Below, one piece after another: positions 1-9,245 of a DNA stretch of 34,830 nt. Within the stretch, counting starts at the first letter, position 1. The number at the start of each line of letters is the position of its first letter. The notes under the pieces were generated by a model that had not been told where the DNA came from, searched no databases, and worked only from the letters and a program-made list of their open reading frames with translations. The stretch lies in assembly GCA_044224525.1 (NCBI GenBank), contig JBGAKI010000028.1, positions 1 through 34,830 on the forward strand. The letters are read 5' to 3'. Source of the DNA: Polyangiales bacterium. Its GTDB lineage: Bacteria; Myxococcota_A; Polyangia; Polyangiales; CBDCBC01. The position numbers and the translations under genes are program-made.

Positions 1-1570
1 TGCCCTGCGTACCATTCAATCCTGTTGCGTCGCTATCCTCGGCAGCAGCACCAGCAAAAAGAAAACCTCCCGCATAACGCAGCGACAGTCCAAAGCCGTC
101 ATAAGCATCGGTATTTGACGCTTTGATATACGCTTCTTGCACCCAGGCACCATTCACACGCCTAAACACATACACCGCGCCCGACCCGCTCGCCGCGTTA
201 TTGGTTTGATCTTCGCCTACACCCGTCGCGTTGCTACTTTCACCTGCTGCACCCACCACAACCAAGTCGCTCGAGTCACACTCAACGCTGTCACCAAAAT
301 AATCGTCTTGCTGCGCATTGGACGCTTTCAGGTAAGCCTCTTGCGTCCACGTACCATCGACTCTTCTAAAGATATACGCAGCGCCCGCATTGCTGGCATC
401 GTTGTTCTGCTGATCGCCACCGATGGTGGTCGCGTTGCTGTCTTCAGAGCGCGCACCCACCACCAGCACATCGCCACAAACAGCCAGCGCATCGCCAAAA
501 AAATCACTGGCTTCACCATTGGACGCCTTCACGTAAGCCTGCTGCGTCCATGTAGTACCCTGACGCGTGAACACGTATACCGCACCCGAGCTACCTTTGT
601 TTTGCACGCTCTGATCCCCGTTAACCGTCGTGGCGCTACCACTCTCATAAGGTGCGCCAACCACCAGCGTGTCGCCGTCAAGATCGATCTGCCAACCAAA
701 TCGCAGCCCGGCAAACGTGTTTGAAGCCTTGATATATGCTTGCTGAGACCAACTTGCGCCTGAACCCGTAAACACATACACCGCGCCCGCGAGTCCAGCG
801 AGATCGTTGTTCTGATCGCCACCGATCATGGTCGCGTTGCTGGCTTCACCCGTTGCGCTCACCGCAAGGGTTGCGCCGTGCATAGCAACGTCGGCACCAA
901 ACTGATCGTTGGCACCCGTGTTGGACGCCTTAATATAGGCCGTTTGCGTCCAGGTCTTGTCTTGCCGGCCAAACACGTACACCGCACCCGAATCGCTCGC
1001 GTCGTTGTTGGTTTGATCACCACCGATGCCTGTCGCGTTGCTGTCTTCATAAAGCGCCGAGACGGCGAGCGTGTCACCCGCCAAAGCAACGCTGCGCCCA
1101 AAGAAATCATTGGCCTCAGTGTTCGACGCTTTCACGTACACCGGAACACCCGTCGCACTTCGTTTCGCCGTCACCATGTAGGTCTTCGTGGCATCACCAT
1201 TTTTTACAACGACCGTCATCTCGACACTTGCTCCAGCCGCAATATTCATTACGGCGCTGGCGCTGCCTGATGCCAACGCTGCGCCGTTGACCTCAATCGA
1301 AAAAGAAGCATGGGCCGCGGGAGTAAGCACAATCGCGTCAACCCAAACGGGTACATTTAGAACATAAGCCGTATTCGTGGGCGAAAACGCAGGGCTCAAC
1401 GCCCCCGCACTTACCGAAAGAGCACTTAATCCAAGCACCGGGGCAGCATCGTTGTCGGTCATACCGCCGTCATCGTTAACAAGCTCTGTCTTCTTATCGC
1501 CACCGCCGCACGCAGCGACCACAATGCCGAGTCCCAAAAGCAATGTTGTCAATCTTCGTATCGCTTGCAT
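1..1570 (-). CDS. FG-GAP/integrin-alpha-like repeat lipoprotein with N-terminal cadherin-like beta-sandwich domain (5' start in window at 1570; 3' end runs off the window start)
   Basis: Hand translation of the minus strand from ATG (rev-comp of 1568-1570) is open to position 1. N-terminus MQAIRRLTTLLLGLGIVVAACGGG is a lipoprotein signal with a VAAC lipobox. LSALSVSAGALSPAFSPTNTAYVLNVP matches the cadherin-like beta-sandwich domain. Then at least 7 copies of a ~45-aa unit: YIKASN..A.D.FG.SVAL.GDTLAVGA..E.SNATGIGGDQ.NN.A..SGAVYVF. The track's plus-strand ORFs 137..724 and 878..1270 are antisense to this gene. Confidence 0.75.
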   Translation of the reverse strand, partial: MQAIRRLTTLLLGLGIVVAACGGGDKKTELVNDDGGMTDNDAAPVLGLSALSVSAGALSPAFSPTNTAYVLNVPVWVDAIVLTPAAHASFSIEVNGAALASGSASAVMNIAAGASVEMTVVVKNGDATKTYMVTAKRSATGVPVYVKASNTEANDFFGRSVALAGDTLAVSALYEDSNATGIGGDQTNNDASDSGAVYVFGRQDKTWTQTAYIKASNTGANDQFGADVAMHGATLAVSATGEASNATMIGGDQNNDLAGLAGAVYVFTGSGASWSQQAYIKASNTFAGLRFGWQIDLDGDTLVVGAPYESGSATTVNGDQSVQNKGSSGAVYVFTRQGTTWTQQAYVKASNGEASDFFGDALAVCGDVLVVGARSEDSNATTIGGDQQNNDASNAGAAYIFRRVDGTWTQEAYLKASNAQQDDYFGDSVECDSSDLVVVGAAGESSNATGVGEDQTNNAASGSGAVYVFRRVNGAWVQEAYIKASNTDAYDGFGLSLRYAGGFLFAGAAAEDSDATGLNGTQG

Positions 1571-1709
1571 GGCACCTACCCCCACCCACACGAGCCTATC
1601 AGACACCCACCGCCTTCAAAAAAAAGCCGTTCAAGACCTGCATCGCATTCGATCTTTTTATCTACAGGCATTGTTTTCAAATGCCAGCCTGCTAAATTTA
1701 GCCTTCGTC

Positions 1710-2854
1710 ATGAACACCACCAACGCGGTCCTGCGCCTTCTAAGCAGCATCGGGCGCCCCGATGAAGCCGCGTTTTACCTGCAGCGTTTTTTATCGCAGG
1801 GCGGCCGCGGGTTTTGCGTGTTGCACATCGACGCCGAAACCATCGACACCCTCGAAGAGGCCCTGCTTTTTGATTTGCGCGTGTTGACCGAACTTGGCCT
1901 TTACCCAGTCATCGTCAGCGACTGGCTCAGCGCGAGCGACACCGCGCAAAGCGAACACCACCTGCACCGCTTGCTGGTCGACGCCGAAATCCCTGCGCGA
2001 TTATTTGCCGACGCAGCCCTCAGGATCTCGCGCAAGTGGTGCATACCCTGCAAAACGACCAAGCAGCGTATGTAGCCATCATTAGCCCCGACCCCGCCAG
2101 CGCATCAGCCGACAATCATAGTTGGCTCTCTGGTTTACTGAATGCACTTTCAAGTTCACGTTTTGTGGTCATGCGCACCGAAGGTGGTTTCATGCGCAGC
2201 GACCGACACATATCACTGGTCAACCTGAGCCTCGAAGAAGGCGCCCTTTATGCTGACAAGTCATTTAGCGATCACGCCTTGCTTGAACGCCTAGCTGAAC
2301 TGATCCGCGCGGGCGCACATCCGCTTACCATTTCGGTCACATCGCCACTCAATTTACTGCGCGAGTTGTTCACCACAAAAGGCGCTGGCACACTGATCCG
2401 CAAAGGCGGACGTTTCATCGAACATCTCGACTGGTCCGCGATCGATCTTGATCGCGCGCGCGCGCTGATCGAGTCAAGCTTTAACGCCAAGCTACGCGAC
2501 GGCTTCTTTAACGATCCTGTCTCGCTGATTCTGCTCGAAGAAAACTACCGCGGTGTAGCCGTGGTCAAAGACACCCCTGTTGCACCATACCTTACCAAGT
2601 TCGCCGTTGAACGTCAGGCACAAGGCGAGGGTTTGGGTCGGGACTTATGGCAAGAACTCGTTCAGCGCGTGCCTATGCTCTTTTGGCGTGCACGTCACAA
2701 CAATCCGATTCATAGTTGGTACATGCAGCAATGTGATGGTTTCCTTCGTGCCCAAAACTGGCTTGTTTTCTGGAACAACGTGCCCACCAGCCGCATTCAA
2801 GAAGCGTTGTCTTTTTCTCTGTCGCAGCCCCAAGATTTCTTGCTAAGCTCGTGA
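1710..2854 (+). CDS. N-acetylglutamate synthase-like protein (amino-acid-kinase-like N-domain plus GNAT/NAT C-domain), split into two frames (1710..2075 and 2036..2854): apparent frameshift or sequencing error
   Basis: C-terminal ORF carries TKGAGTLIRKG (amino-acid-kinase C-terminal glycine-rich motif) and YRGVAVVKDTPVAPYLTKFAVERQAQGEGLGRDLWQELV (GNAT motif A, Q/RxxGxG). N-terminal ORF (from ATG 1710, MNTTNAVLRLLSSIGRPDEAAFYLQRFLS..GFCVLHIDAETI) resembles the N-terminus of vertebrate-like NAGS/AAK. The two ORFs overlap by 40 nt in different frames. The track ORF start at 1377 is rejected because it overlaps the 5' end of the upstream minus-strand lipoprotein gene. Confidence 0.5.
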
Positions 2855-2907
2855 TCCGTCCGCACCTACATTTCCACACAACGTCTGGCTCAGTTATCTT
2901 TTAAAAA

Positions 2908-4287
2908 ATGTCGATCAGCCCCGCGCAACCGCAAAAACTTTTAGGCACCACCACCGCGACCCTGCTGGTTATCGCCAACGTCGTCGGCACGGGGGTTTTT
3001 TCGGCGACAGGCATCTTGCTACAACACGTCCATTCACCCGCCGCACTGTTGTTAGTGTGGTGTGTGGGCGGGTTTCTCAGCCTCTGCGGTGCACTCGCCT
3101 ACAGCGAGTTGACTTGCATGTACAGAGCCAACGGCGGCGAATACCTGCTCCTGTCGCGCATCTTTCACCCAGCGCTCGGCTTTATTGCAGGCTGCATCAC
3201 TTTCTTCGTTGGATTTGCCGCACCGGTGGCAGCAGCAGCGCTGGCCTTTAGCTCATACTTCGCAGCGCTTGTTCCCGGGATCATGCCGCTATTAACAGCA
3301 TGGACACTGGTCGTCGTGATGTCGGGCATTCAAATCGTCAAGGTGTCGCTCGCAAGCCGCACCCAAGATTTTCTCACCATCGGCAAAGTGGCGCTTATGC
3401 TCGTCTTTATCGTGGGCGGCTATTTGCACGGTCATCCTGAGTACTTGCACGATACGGGTCATCACAGCCTCACCAAAGAACTGGTCTCGCCAGGTTTCGC
3501 GCTAGGCATTGTGTTTGTCGCGTTTCCTTATAATGGCTGGAACGCGGTCACTTATCTTGCCGGCGAGTTTCGCAACGTCTCGCGCTCGTTACCCATCGCC
3601 CTGATCTCAGGCACCACGATCATCGTCTTGCTTTATGTCGGTTTGAATCTGGTATTTATGATGTCGATGCCGACCGAAAAACTGCGTGGCGTTGTCGAGG
3701 TAGGTCACATCGCCGCCATGCATCTTTATGGCGGGCAAGCTGGCCGCATCTTGAGCGCCACCATCGCGCTTGGCCTTGTGTCAACCGTCGGCGCCATGAT
3801 CATGACCGGCCCGCGCGTATATGAAGCCATGGGTTACGACTACCGTATGCTCGGTTTTCTTACCTTCCGCATGCGCGACGGCGGCCCCGCCATCGCGATC
3901 GCATTGCAAGCTGCCGCCACCCTACTCATGATCGTGACCGCAAGTTTCGATTCGATTCTTGCTTACTCGGGTTTCTTGATGTCTGTGTCTGCACTGGTCA
4001 CCGTGCTCGGTGTGTTTTACATGCGCATCAAAGCACCCGAGTGGCCGCGCCCATACCGAACTTGGGGTTACCCTTTTACGCCCTTGCTTTATGTTGCCGC
4101 AACCACATGGTCGATCGTCAACACGATCATCCTCAAGCCCCAGGCTGCGTTCGCGGGATTAATGACAGTTATTGCAGGCTTCTTGCTTTATCTTGTCGTC
4201 AAACCCTCGCGCACCCTACCCGAACTCGACAGCGACAACACGATCGTCGATGCCGATATCCCCGCCGCAAACCTCGAATACACCTAG
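2908..4287 (+). CDS. APC-superfamily amino acid permease (12-TM transporter)
   Basis: 459 aa, hydrophobic throughout. N-terminal LLVIANVVGTGVFSATGILLQ and GGEYLLLSRIF motifs are typical of amino acid/polyamine/organocation transporters. AAAATG start context. Confidence 0.85.
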   Translation: MSISPAQPQKLLGTTTATLLVIANVVGTGVFSATGILLQHVHSPAALLLVWCVGGFLSLCGALAYSELTCMYRANGGEYLLLSRIFHPALGFIAGCITFFVGFAAPVAAAALAFSSYFAALVPGIMPLLTAWTLVVVMSGIQIVKVSLASRTQDFLTIGKVALMLVFIVGGYLHGHPEYLHDTGHHSLTKELVSPGFALGIVFVAFPYNGWNAVTYLAGEFRNVSRSLPIALISGTTIIVLLYVGLNLVFMMSMPTEKLRGVVEVGHIAAMHLYGGQAGRILSATIALGLVSTVGAMIMTGPRVYEAMGYDYRMLGFLTFRMRDGGPAIAIALQAAATLLMIVTASFDSILAYSGFLMSVSALVTVLGVFYMRIKAPEWPRPYRTWGYPFTPLLYVAATTWSIVNTIILKPQAAFAGLMTVIAGFLLYLVVKPSRTLPELDSDNTIVDADIPAANLEYT

Positions 4288-4339
4288 ATGAGTATCAATG
4301 TGGTTTGAGCCGCGCTGGGCGTGTTCAAACAGTAGCGTT

Positions 4340-5464
4340 CTAGGCGATGGGCATGGTGACGCGAAACAGCGATCCACCTTCGGGAATATTCTCAGCTTCG
4401 AGCTTACCGCCAAGCTCTTCGACGATGGTTTTTGAAATCACCAAACCCAGTCCTTGGCTAATGTCATTTTTGGCGACAAACATCACATCAAAAACACTGG
4501 GCAACACTGCGGTATCGATGCCTGGCCCATTGTCTGCGATTTCAAACACGACAAAATCGCCTTTCTGATTGAGGCGCATCGTAAGCATATTGCTTGGCTG
4601 TTTGTGCTGAATTAATGCCTTGGTGGTATAAGTCAATAAGTTCAACACCACCTGGCTCAGCTTGGTCGAAGAGCCACGCACTTTGGGCACACTGCGCATG
4701 TCGATGCGCACTTGCCCCGCCTGCTGCACTTCGCGACGCAAAACCTTCAGCGTCAACCGCACAATATCACCCAAATCGGCCACATCACCCGACTGATCAC
4801 GCGCGGGCGTTTCGATGCCGCGCACCACGTCCATCAAACGCTGAATACCTACAAGCGAATCAGAAATCGACGCATCCACATCTTGCAAACGATCAGAAAT
4901 CGACGCACGCGAAGCCTCAGCTTTATCGTTCATCTGAACGGCCGCACGCACATTGTCTTGCGCTTTATGCAACAAGTCAGACACCCATGTGACAGGCTTA
5001 CGCATCTCTTGCGCCAACCCTGCAGCCACCACACCAAGCGCATACATGCGTTCGGTTTCCACCAAACGCTGCTGCATCGCGCGCATACGATGGTTCATCT
5101 CAAACATGCCACGGCTTTCCAAAAGCACTGCGCGTAACTCATCAGGCACCCACGGTTTGCGCAAATACCGATTCACGTGGCCTTGGTTGATCGCCGCCAC
5201 CGCCGCATTCAAATCCGAATACGCGGTGATCAAAATACGAATCGTATCGGGCCACTTTTCATGCACCCGCTCTAAAAGCTCAACGCCAGTCATTTTGGGC
5301 ATGCGTTGATCGCTGATCAACACCGAAAACTCCTGGTTTTCAAACAACTTAAGCGCTTCTTCAGCGCTGCTGGCCGTCACGAGCGGAAACTCACCCTCAA
5401 AGGTGGCCTCAAAAACAGTCAGATTGGCTGAATCGTCATCAACAAAAAGGATAGGTGCTTCCAC
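4340..5464 (-). CDS. Hybrid response-regulator receiver / histidine kinase (REC-HisKA-HATPase); H-box reads AQEMRKPV
   Basis: N-terminal REC domain: ILFVDDD, VLISDQRMP (phospho-Asp context), ITAY, RYLRKPW. C-terminal HATPase: N-box VVLNLL, G1 DNGPGI, G2 GLGLVISK. The dimerisation H-box AAGLAQEMRKPVT has Gln where the phospho-accepting His normally sits. Confidence 0.85.
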   Translation of the reverse strand: MEAPILFVDDDSANLTVFEATFEGEFPLVTASSAEEALKLFENQEFSVLISDQRMPKMTGVELLERVHEKWPDTIRILITAYSDLNAAVAAINQGHVNRYLRKPWVPDELRAVLLESRGMFEMNHRMRAMQQRLVETERMYALGVVAAGLAQEMRKPVTWVSDLLHKAQDNVRAAVQMNDKAEASRASISDRLQDVDASISDSLVGIQRLMDVVRGIETPARDQSGDVADLGDIVRLTLKVLRREVQQAGQVRIDMRSVPKVRGSSTKLSQVVLNLLTYTTKALIQHKQPSNMLTMRLNQKGDFVVFEIADNGPGIDTAVLPSVFDVMFVAKNDISQGLGLVISKTIVEELGGKLEAENIPEGGSLFRVTMPIA

Positions 5465-5515
5465 GTTCGTTCTCCTATCAACACATAATCGCGCCGCATG
5501 CTATAAGCAAAAAAT

Positions 5516-6265
5516 ATGAAAGGCCATGATACTATTTGCGGATGTTTTCCAACCGGTCGCCACTACCCAGGCATCGCCGACCACTTACAACAATTAATGA
5601 CACGCGTTGAAGGACTATGCCACGAAGTCGCCGCGGAAGCCCCCTGGGCCGCCGCACCCCTGGCCATCATCGATTTTGAAACGACTGGCTTAGATGCAAC
5701 TAAAGAGCGCATTCTTGAAATTGGCGTCATTTGTTTTGATGCAGGCGCGGTCAGCACCAAACACAATTGGTTGGTCAACCCGGGAATACCCGTACCCGAG
5801 CAAGCGCGAGCCGTACACGGCATTTCCGACGACGACCTCAAACACGCACCAAGCTTCGCGCAAGTCATCGCCGAAGTGAGCGAGGTGCTTAAAGGCCGTA
5901 TCCCTGTCGCCTACAACGCAAGCTTCGATCGAGGGTTCTTGCACGCCGAGCGCGATCGCCTGACAAGCACACCCAGCGATCTACCCCCTGCGTTACGCAG
6001 CGATGTCACCTGGATTGACCCGCTGATATGGGCGCGCGAACTACAAAAAAAGGAACGCAGCAAAAAGCTTGCCGATGTGGCCGAACGTTTAGGCGTCAAA
6101 CTAGAACAAGCCCACCGGGCGTCAGACGACGCACACGCAACAGGCCTCGTGCTGATGGCCTTCGCCAAAGACCTGCCCACAAGCTACGGCGAACTGATTC
6201 GTTTGCAGTCAAGCTACTCAGCCCGCCAAGACGCCGACCGCGCCTCGTGGCGCAACAAAAAATAA
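5516..6265 (+). CDS. DnaQ-like 3'-5' exonuclease (DEDDh family; DNA polymerase III epsilon-like)
   Basis: Exo I motif IIDFETTGLD, Exo II VAYNASFDRGFL, Exo III H..SDDAHATGLV. The true start may be the internal Met of MTRVEGL (about 5597). Confidence 0.8.
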   Translation: MKGHDTICGCFPTGRHYPGIADHLQQLMTRVEGLCHEVAAEAPWAAAPLAIIDFETTGLDATKERILEIGVICFDAGAVSTKHNWLVNPGIPVPEQARAVHGISDDDLKHAPSFAQVIAEVSEVLKGRIPVAYNASFDRGFLHAERDRLTSTPSDLPPALRSDVTWIDPLIWARELQKKERSKKLADVAERLGVKLEQAHRASDDAHATGLVLMAFAKDLPTSYGELIRLQSSYSARQDADRASWRNKK

Positions 6266-6390
6266 CCCGGTGACACGCACCTCGGTGACACTTTGGTGAC
6301 ATGCACTTTAGTGCGTGTCACCAAAACATTACTCGGTGACATGCACTTTAGTGCGTGTCACCAAAACATTAGCGCGTGTCACCAATACCA
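6266..6390. repeat. Array of GGTGACA / TGTCACC heptamers: 4 forward and 3 reverse copies in about 125 bp, including two tandem 40-bp units each forming a 12-bp-arm imperfect palindrome
   Basis: GGTGACA at 6269, 6284, 6295 and 6335. TGTCACC at 6316, 6356 and 6377. Tandem units 6295-6334 and 6335-6374 are identical except for the last 3 nt (ggtgacatgcactttagtgcgtgtcaccaaaacatta..). The array lies between convergent genes. Confidence 0.7.
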
Positions 6391-6429
6391 AAAAACCTAA
6401 CAACAGCGATTCACCCAATGAGCAAGCGT

Positions 6430-8478
6430 TCAGCCCTTCTTATCGACGCCCGCGCGCGCTGCTGACTCCGCACGGCTCTTCTGTAACATCTCACCCAAGA
6501 GCACCTGAATCAAACCCCCGCCCTCGCCTGTGGCTGCGCCCGATGACACCTGAATGTCGGGTGTAATTTTAAGGCCCGCCGCAGCGATCGCTTTCACAAT
6601 CTCAACCGAGGTCACACCTTGCGCAGTCAAAGCATTCACTTGGTCACGATACGCCTTGGCTTGTGCTTCGCCCTTGGCTTGCACCACCCCCGCTTCCGCG
6701 TCACCCACTTGTTTGGTGCGTGTGGCGTCCGCCTCTGAAAGCATGCGCACACGCGACGCTTCACCGCGAGCGCGCTCTTCATTTTGTCGCGCCTCGTGCT
6801 GCGCAACCTTAATGCCCGCTTCCGCCGTCACAATGCTCACTTGAGCATCGGCTTCAGCTTTCGTCTTTTCAAATTCAATGCGCCGCTGCTCGGCATCTTT
6901 TTTAGCGTCGAACATCGACTTTTCTTGCTCGGCCAAATTCTTTTGCTGTGTTGTTTTCATCAACGCTTCGGGCAAATGAATATTCGTAATCATCACCGAA
7001 ACGACTTCCACCTTATACTTGGCCAAATCTTGGCGCACCGCTTCTTCGGCCGATTTTTGCTCTTCGGCGCGGTTTTGTTGATATGAAATCGCCGGCGAAC
7101 GCGACACCTGTGCACGAAAAATGCCATCGATCTGCGGGTGAATCACGTTCACCTCCAGCTCTTCGATCGAGCCAATCTTTTGCACAACATAAGGCGCGTT
7201 CTCGGGAAGCACGCGATACTGACAACGCACCTCAACTTGCATCGGAAAGCCGTCATACGACACCACTTGAAAGGGGTCAAAACTACCCGAGTCTCTTTTG
7301 CCAGAGCGCTCGGCACTCCAGTCCACCGAACGCGTCGTGGTGGGAATAATGATCGGCGTATACGCAAGCGGATTAATATTATAAGCGCCGGGCCCGAGCA
7401 CCTCGCGTTGAATACCGCGATAGCCTTTGGGCACGACATGGCGCGCTTTACTTTGATCCGCTGGATCGCTCAACTCTTGCGCGCCGCTTGGGTCTTTGCC
7501 AATATTTGAAATCAACACCGCCACTTGCCCTTGCGCCACAAGCGTTTGCTTGCGTTTTGAAACGCTGAACAAATAGGGGTTAATATAATAAGTTCCGGGC
7601 GTCAGAATGCTTTCTTGCGGTCCGCGCCTGCCGCCAGCATCCAAAAACCGCTGCCCATCTTGAAAGTGATTATGGCCCTCTGGTGTTTGCACCACCACAT
7701 CGTCGCGGCTCATCGGTTGACCATCAAGCGCTTCAACGATGCCAATCTCAGTCTCCTTGATTGTGATGGCTTCGGTGATCTTAACCGAAAACACTTGTGT
7801 ATTGATGTTGTAAATGCCAGGTCTTAAGAAATCGATTTGTGGGCCTTTTTGACCGCCGCTTTCTAAAAACACATCCGCTTTTTGAAAGCTATCGTGACCG
7901 TTAACACTTTTTCCAAGCAGCTGCCCCGTGGTCAGCGGCAACCCGTCTGCCGCACTGACAACCCCTATTTTTCCCTCAGAAATAAGTGTCTTTTTGATCT
8001 TGGTGACCTGAAACAACCCGGGGTGAATTTTGAATGTACCGTTGGTTAAAAACCTCAGCTGTTTGCCGCGAATACCGCCGCGCTCAATGAATGCTGTCGG
8101 ATCTTGAAAGTTGTTATGCGCTTCACCTGCCGGGTCATCGGCAAAAATGCGACCGGCGATCAGCGGCTCGCCGTCAACAGCTTCGATGATGCCCAGCTCA
8201 TCGGCCGCAATATTAAGAAAACGCGTCTTCGCCACCACCCGTGTCAGGGGCCAAAAAATCACATGCAAACCTGGCGCAAGATACTCGGCTTTTAACCCCA
8301 CTTGATTACCAAGCGCGAGCACACGACCCGGCTCCAGATCTTGGCCAATAAAGCGCCGCTCCGTAATAGCAATCTCGTCGGCGCCCACATTGACGAAAAA
8401 ACGCGTCAAAAATAGCAGCACAAAAAGCCCAACGAGCGCGAACGCCCCAATCACAACAATCGATCCAGGTTCAATCAT
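6430..8478 (-). CDS. SPFH / band-7 (flotillin-like) membrane protein with internally repeated modules and a C-terminal Glu/Ala-rich coiled coil
   Basis: N-terminal TM helix (IVVIGAFALVGLFVLLFL). A repeated ~90-aa module (ADG.PL..G......GH..FQD...FL..GG..GPQ) occurs three times. The C-terminus (EQEKSMFDAKKDAEQRRIEFEKTKAEADAQ..) is a typical flotillin coiled-coil tail. Confidence 0.75.
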   Translation of the reverse strand: MIEPGSIVVIGAFALVGLFVLLFLTRFFVNVGADEIAITERRFIGQDLEPGRVLALGNQVGLKAEYLAPGLHVIFWPLTRVVAKTRFLNIAADELGIIEAVDGEPLIAGRIFADDPAGEAHNNFQDPTAFIERGGIRGKQLRFLTNGTFKIHPGLFQVTKIKKTLISEGKIGVVSAADGLPLTTGQLLGKSVNGHDSFQKADVFLESGGQKGPQIDFLRPGIYNINTQVFSVKITEAITIKETEIGIVEALDGQPMSRDDVVVQTPEGHNHFQDGQRFLDAGGRRGPQESILTPGTYYINPYLFSVSKRKQTLVAQGQVAVLISNIGKDPSGAQELSDPADQSKARHVVPKGYRGIQREVLGPGAYNINPLAYTPIIIPTTTRSVDWSAERSGKRDSGSFDPFQVVSYDGFPMQVEVRCQYRVLPENAPYVVQKIGSIEELEVNVIHPQIDGIFRAQVSRSPAISYQQNRAEEQKSAEEAVRQDLAKYKVEVVSVMITNIHLPEALMKTTQQKNLAEQEKSMFDAKKDAEQRRIEFEKTKAEADAQVSIVTAEAGIKVAQHEARQNEERARGEASRVRMLSEADATRTKQVGDAEAGVVQAKGEAQAKAYRDQVNALTAQGVTSVEIVKAIAAAGLKITPDIQVSSGAATGEGGGLIQVLLGEMLQKSRAESAARAGVDKKG

Positions 8479-8624
8479 AGATTCCCCGACCCTAGTCGAG
8501 CCACGATCAAACTGTCAATAGCGACAATGTAGGAGTGAAAATCACGTCACCCCTGGCGCATCGCCTAATCACAAGTAGGCTAATAATAACCTAAAAAAGT
8601 CGTCTTATCGGAGCTTAGATCAAC

Positions 8625-9197
8625 ATGCCGTCGTTACGAGTATTTCTAGTTTTCGTTACTGCCATTTCGACGTGCACGCTTGTAATATTGTTACAAGGAT
8701 GCGAACAGCCAACCAGCGATGTCGCATCGCAAACCGCCGCAGATAATACCGTCACACAAAGCCCACCCTGCCAAACAACTGCCGACGGCATGGGGCGTTG
8801 TTTTGCTCAACCCAAACCGGTCTACACTGCTTACATCGCATGTATTCAGTTCTTGCAAGACGACTACGACGATCTTCACTTTCAAATCAACGTGGCTGAA
8901 CCAGACGATAAACCCCGCGTTGTTCAGCTGCCGATGAAAACAACGCTTCAGCCAACCATCGCCAGCATTCCTTTTGAAAGTAGCGATCCAAACTGCCAAC
9001 AAGGCAGCCGGGAGGTGTGCAGCAAATCTCAAAACAACACCTGGCAAACCGCAAAGCGTCAGTGTGAAACGCTACGCGTTAACCCCAAAATTGTCACCAA
9101 GTGCGAAAAGACGCTAAGGGGCAAAATGCGAATCTTCTGCAGCGTTGAAAACCTGGACGCCTGCACCGCATTTCCGGCGCCTATTTTAGGCACTTAA
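8625..9197 (+). CDS. Hypothetical Cys-rich lipoprotein
   Basis: Signal peptide with lipobox LLQGC. GGAG sits 10 nt upstream of the ATG. 190 aa with 10 or more Cys. No recognisable family. Confidence 0.5.
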   Translation: MPSLRVFLVFVTAISTCTLVILLQGCEQPTSDVASQTAADNTVTQSPPCQTTADGMGRCFAQPKPVYTAYIACIQFLQDDYDDLHFQINVAEPDDKPRVVQLPMKTTLQPTIASIPFESSDPNCQQGSREVCSKSQNNTWQTAKRQCETLRVNPKIVTKCEKTLRGKMRIFCSVENLDACTAFPAPILGT

Positions 9198-9245
9198 ACA
9201 ATTGCGCGCACCACAAAGCGCCCCAAACTCGTCATAACCCCAGGG

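Noticed and set aside
137-1270. Long plus-strand ORFs (137..724 and 878..1270) in the first 1.3 kb
   Set aside because: They are antisense to the FG-GAP repeat lipoprotein gene. The minus-strand frame carries the coherent signal peptide, cadherin-like and repeat motifs. The plus-strand ORFs are low-complexity, Arg/His-rich by-products of the repeat.
1377-1709. 5' extension of the NAGS-like ORF back to 1377
   Set aside because: It overlaps the start of the upstream minus-strand lipoprotein gene and its promoter region. The first ATG with a sensible N-terminus is at 1710.
6295-6374. Possible CRISPR array (tandem 40-bp repeats containing palindromes)
   Set aside because: There are only two adjacent copies with no unique spacers between them and no cas genes nearby. 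It is better described as a tandem palindromic repeat or heptamer array.
8479-8624. tRNA or other small RNA genes in intergenic gaps (also 14383..14503, 29071..29254, 33009..33168)
   Set aside because: No cloverleaf-compatible GTTC..GAAC T-arm or acceptor-stem pairing was seen by eye. I cannot exclude small RNAs without a covariance-model search.
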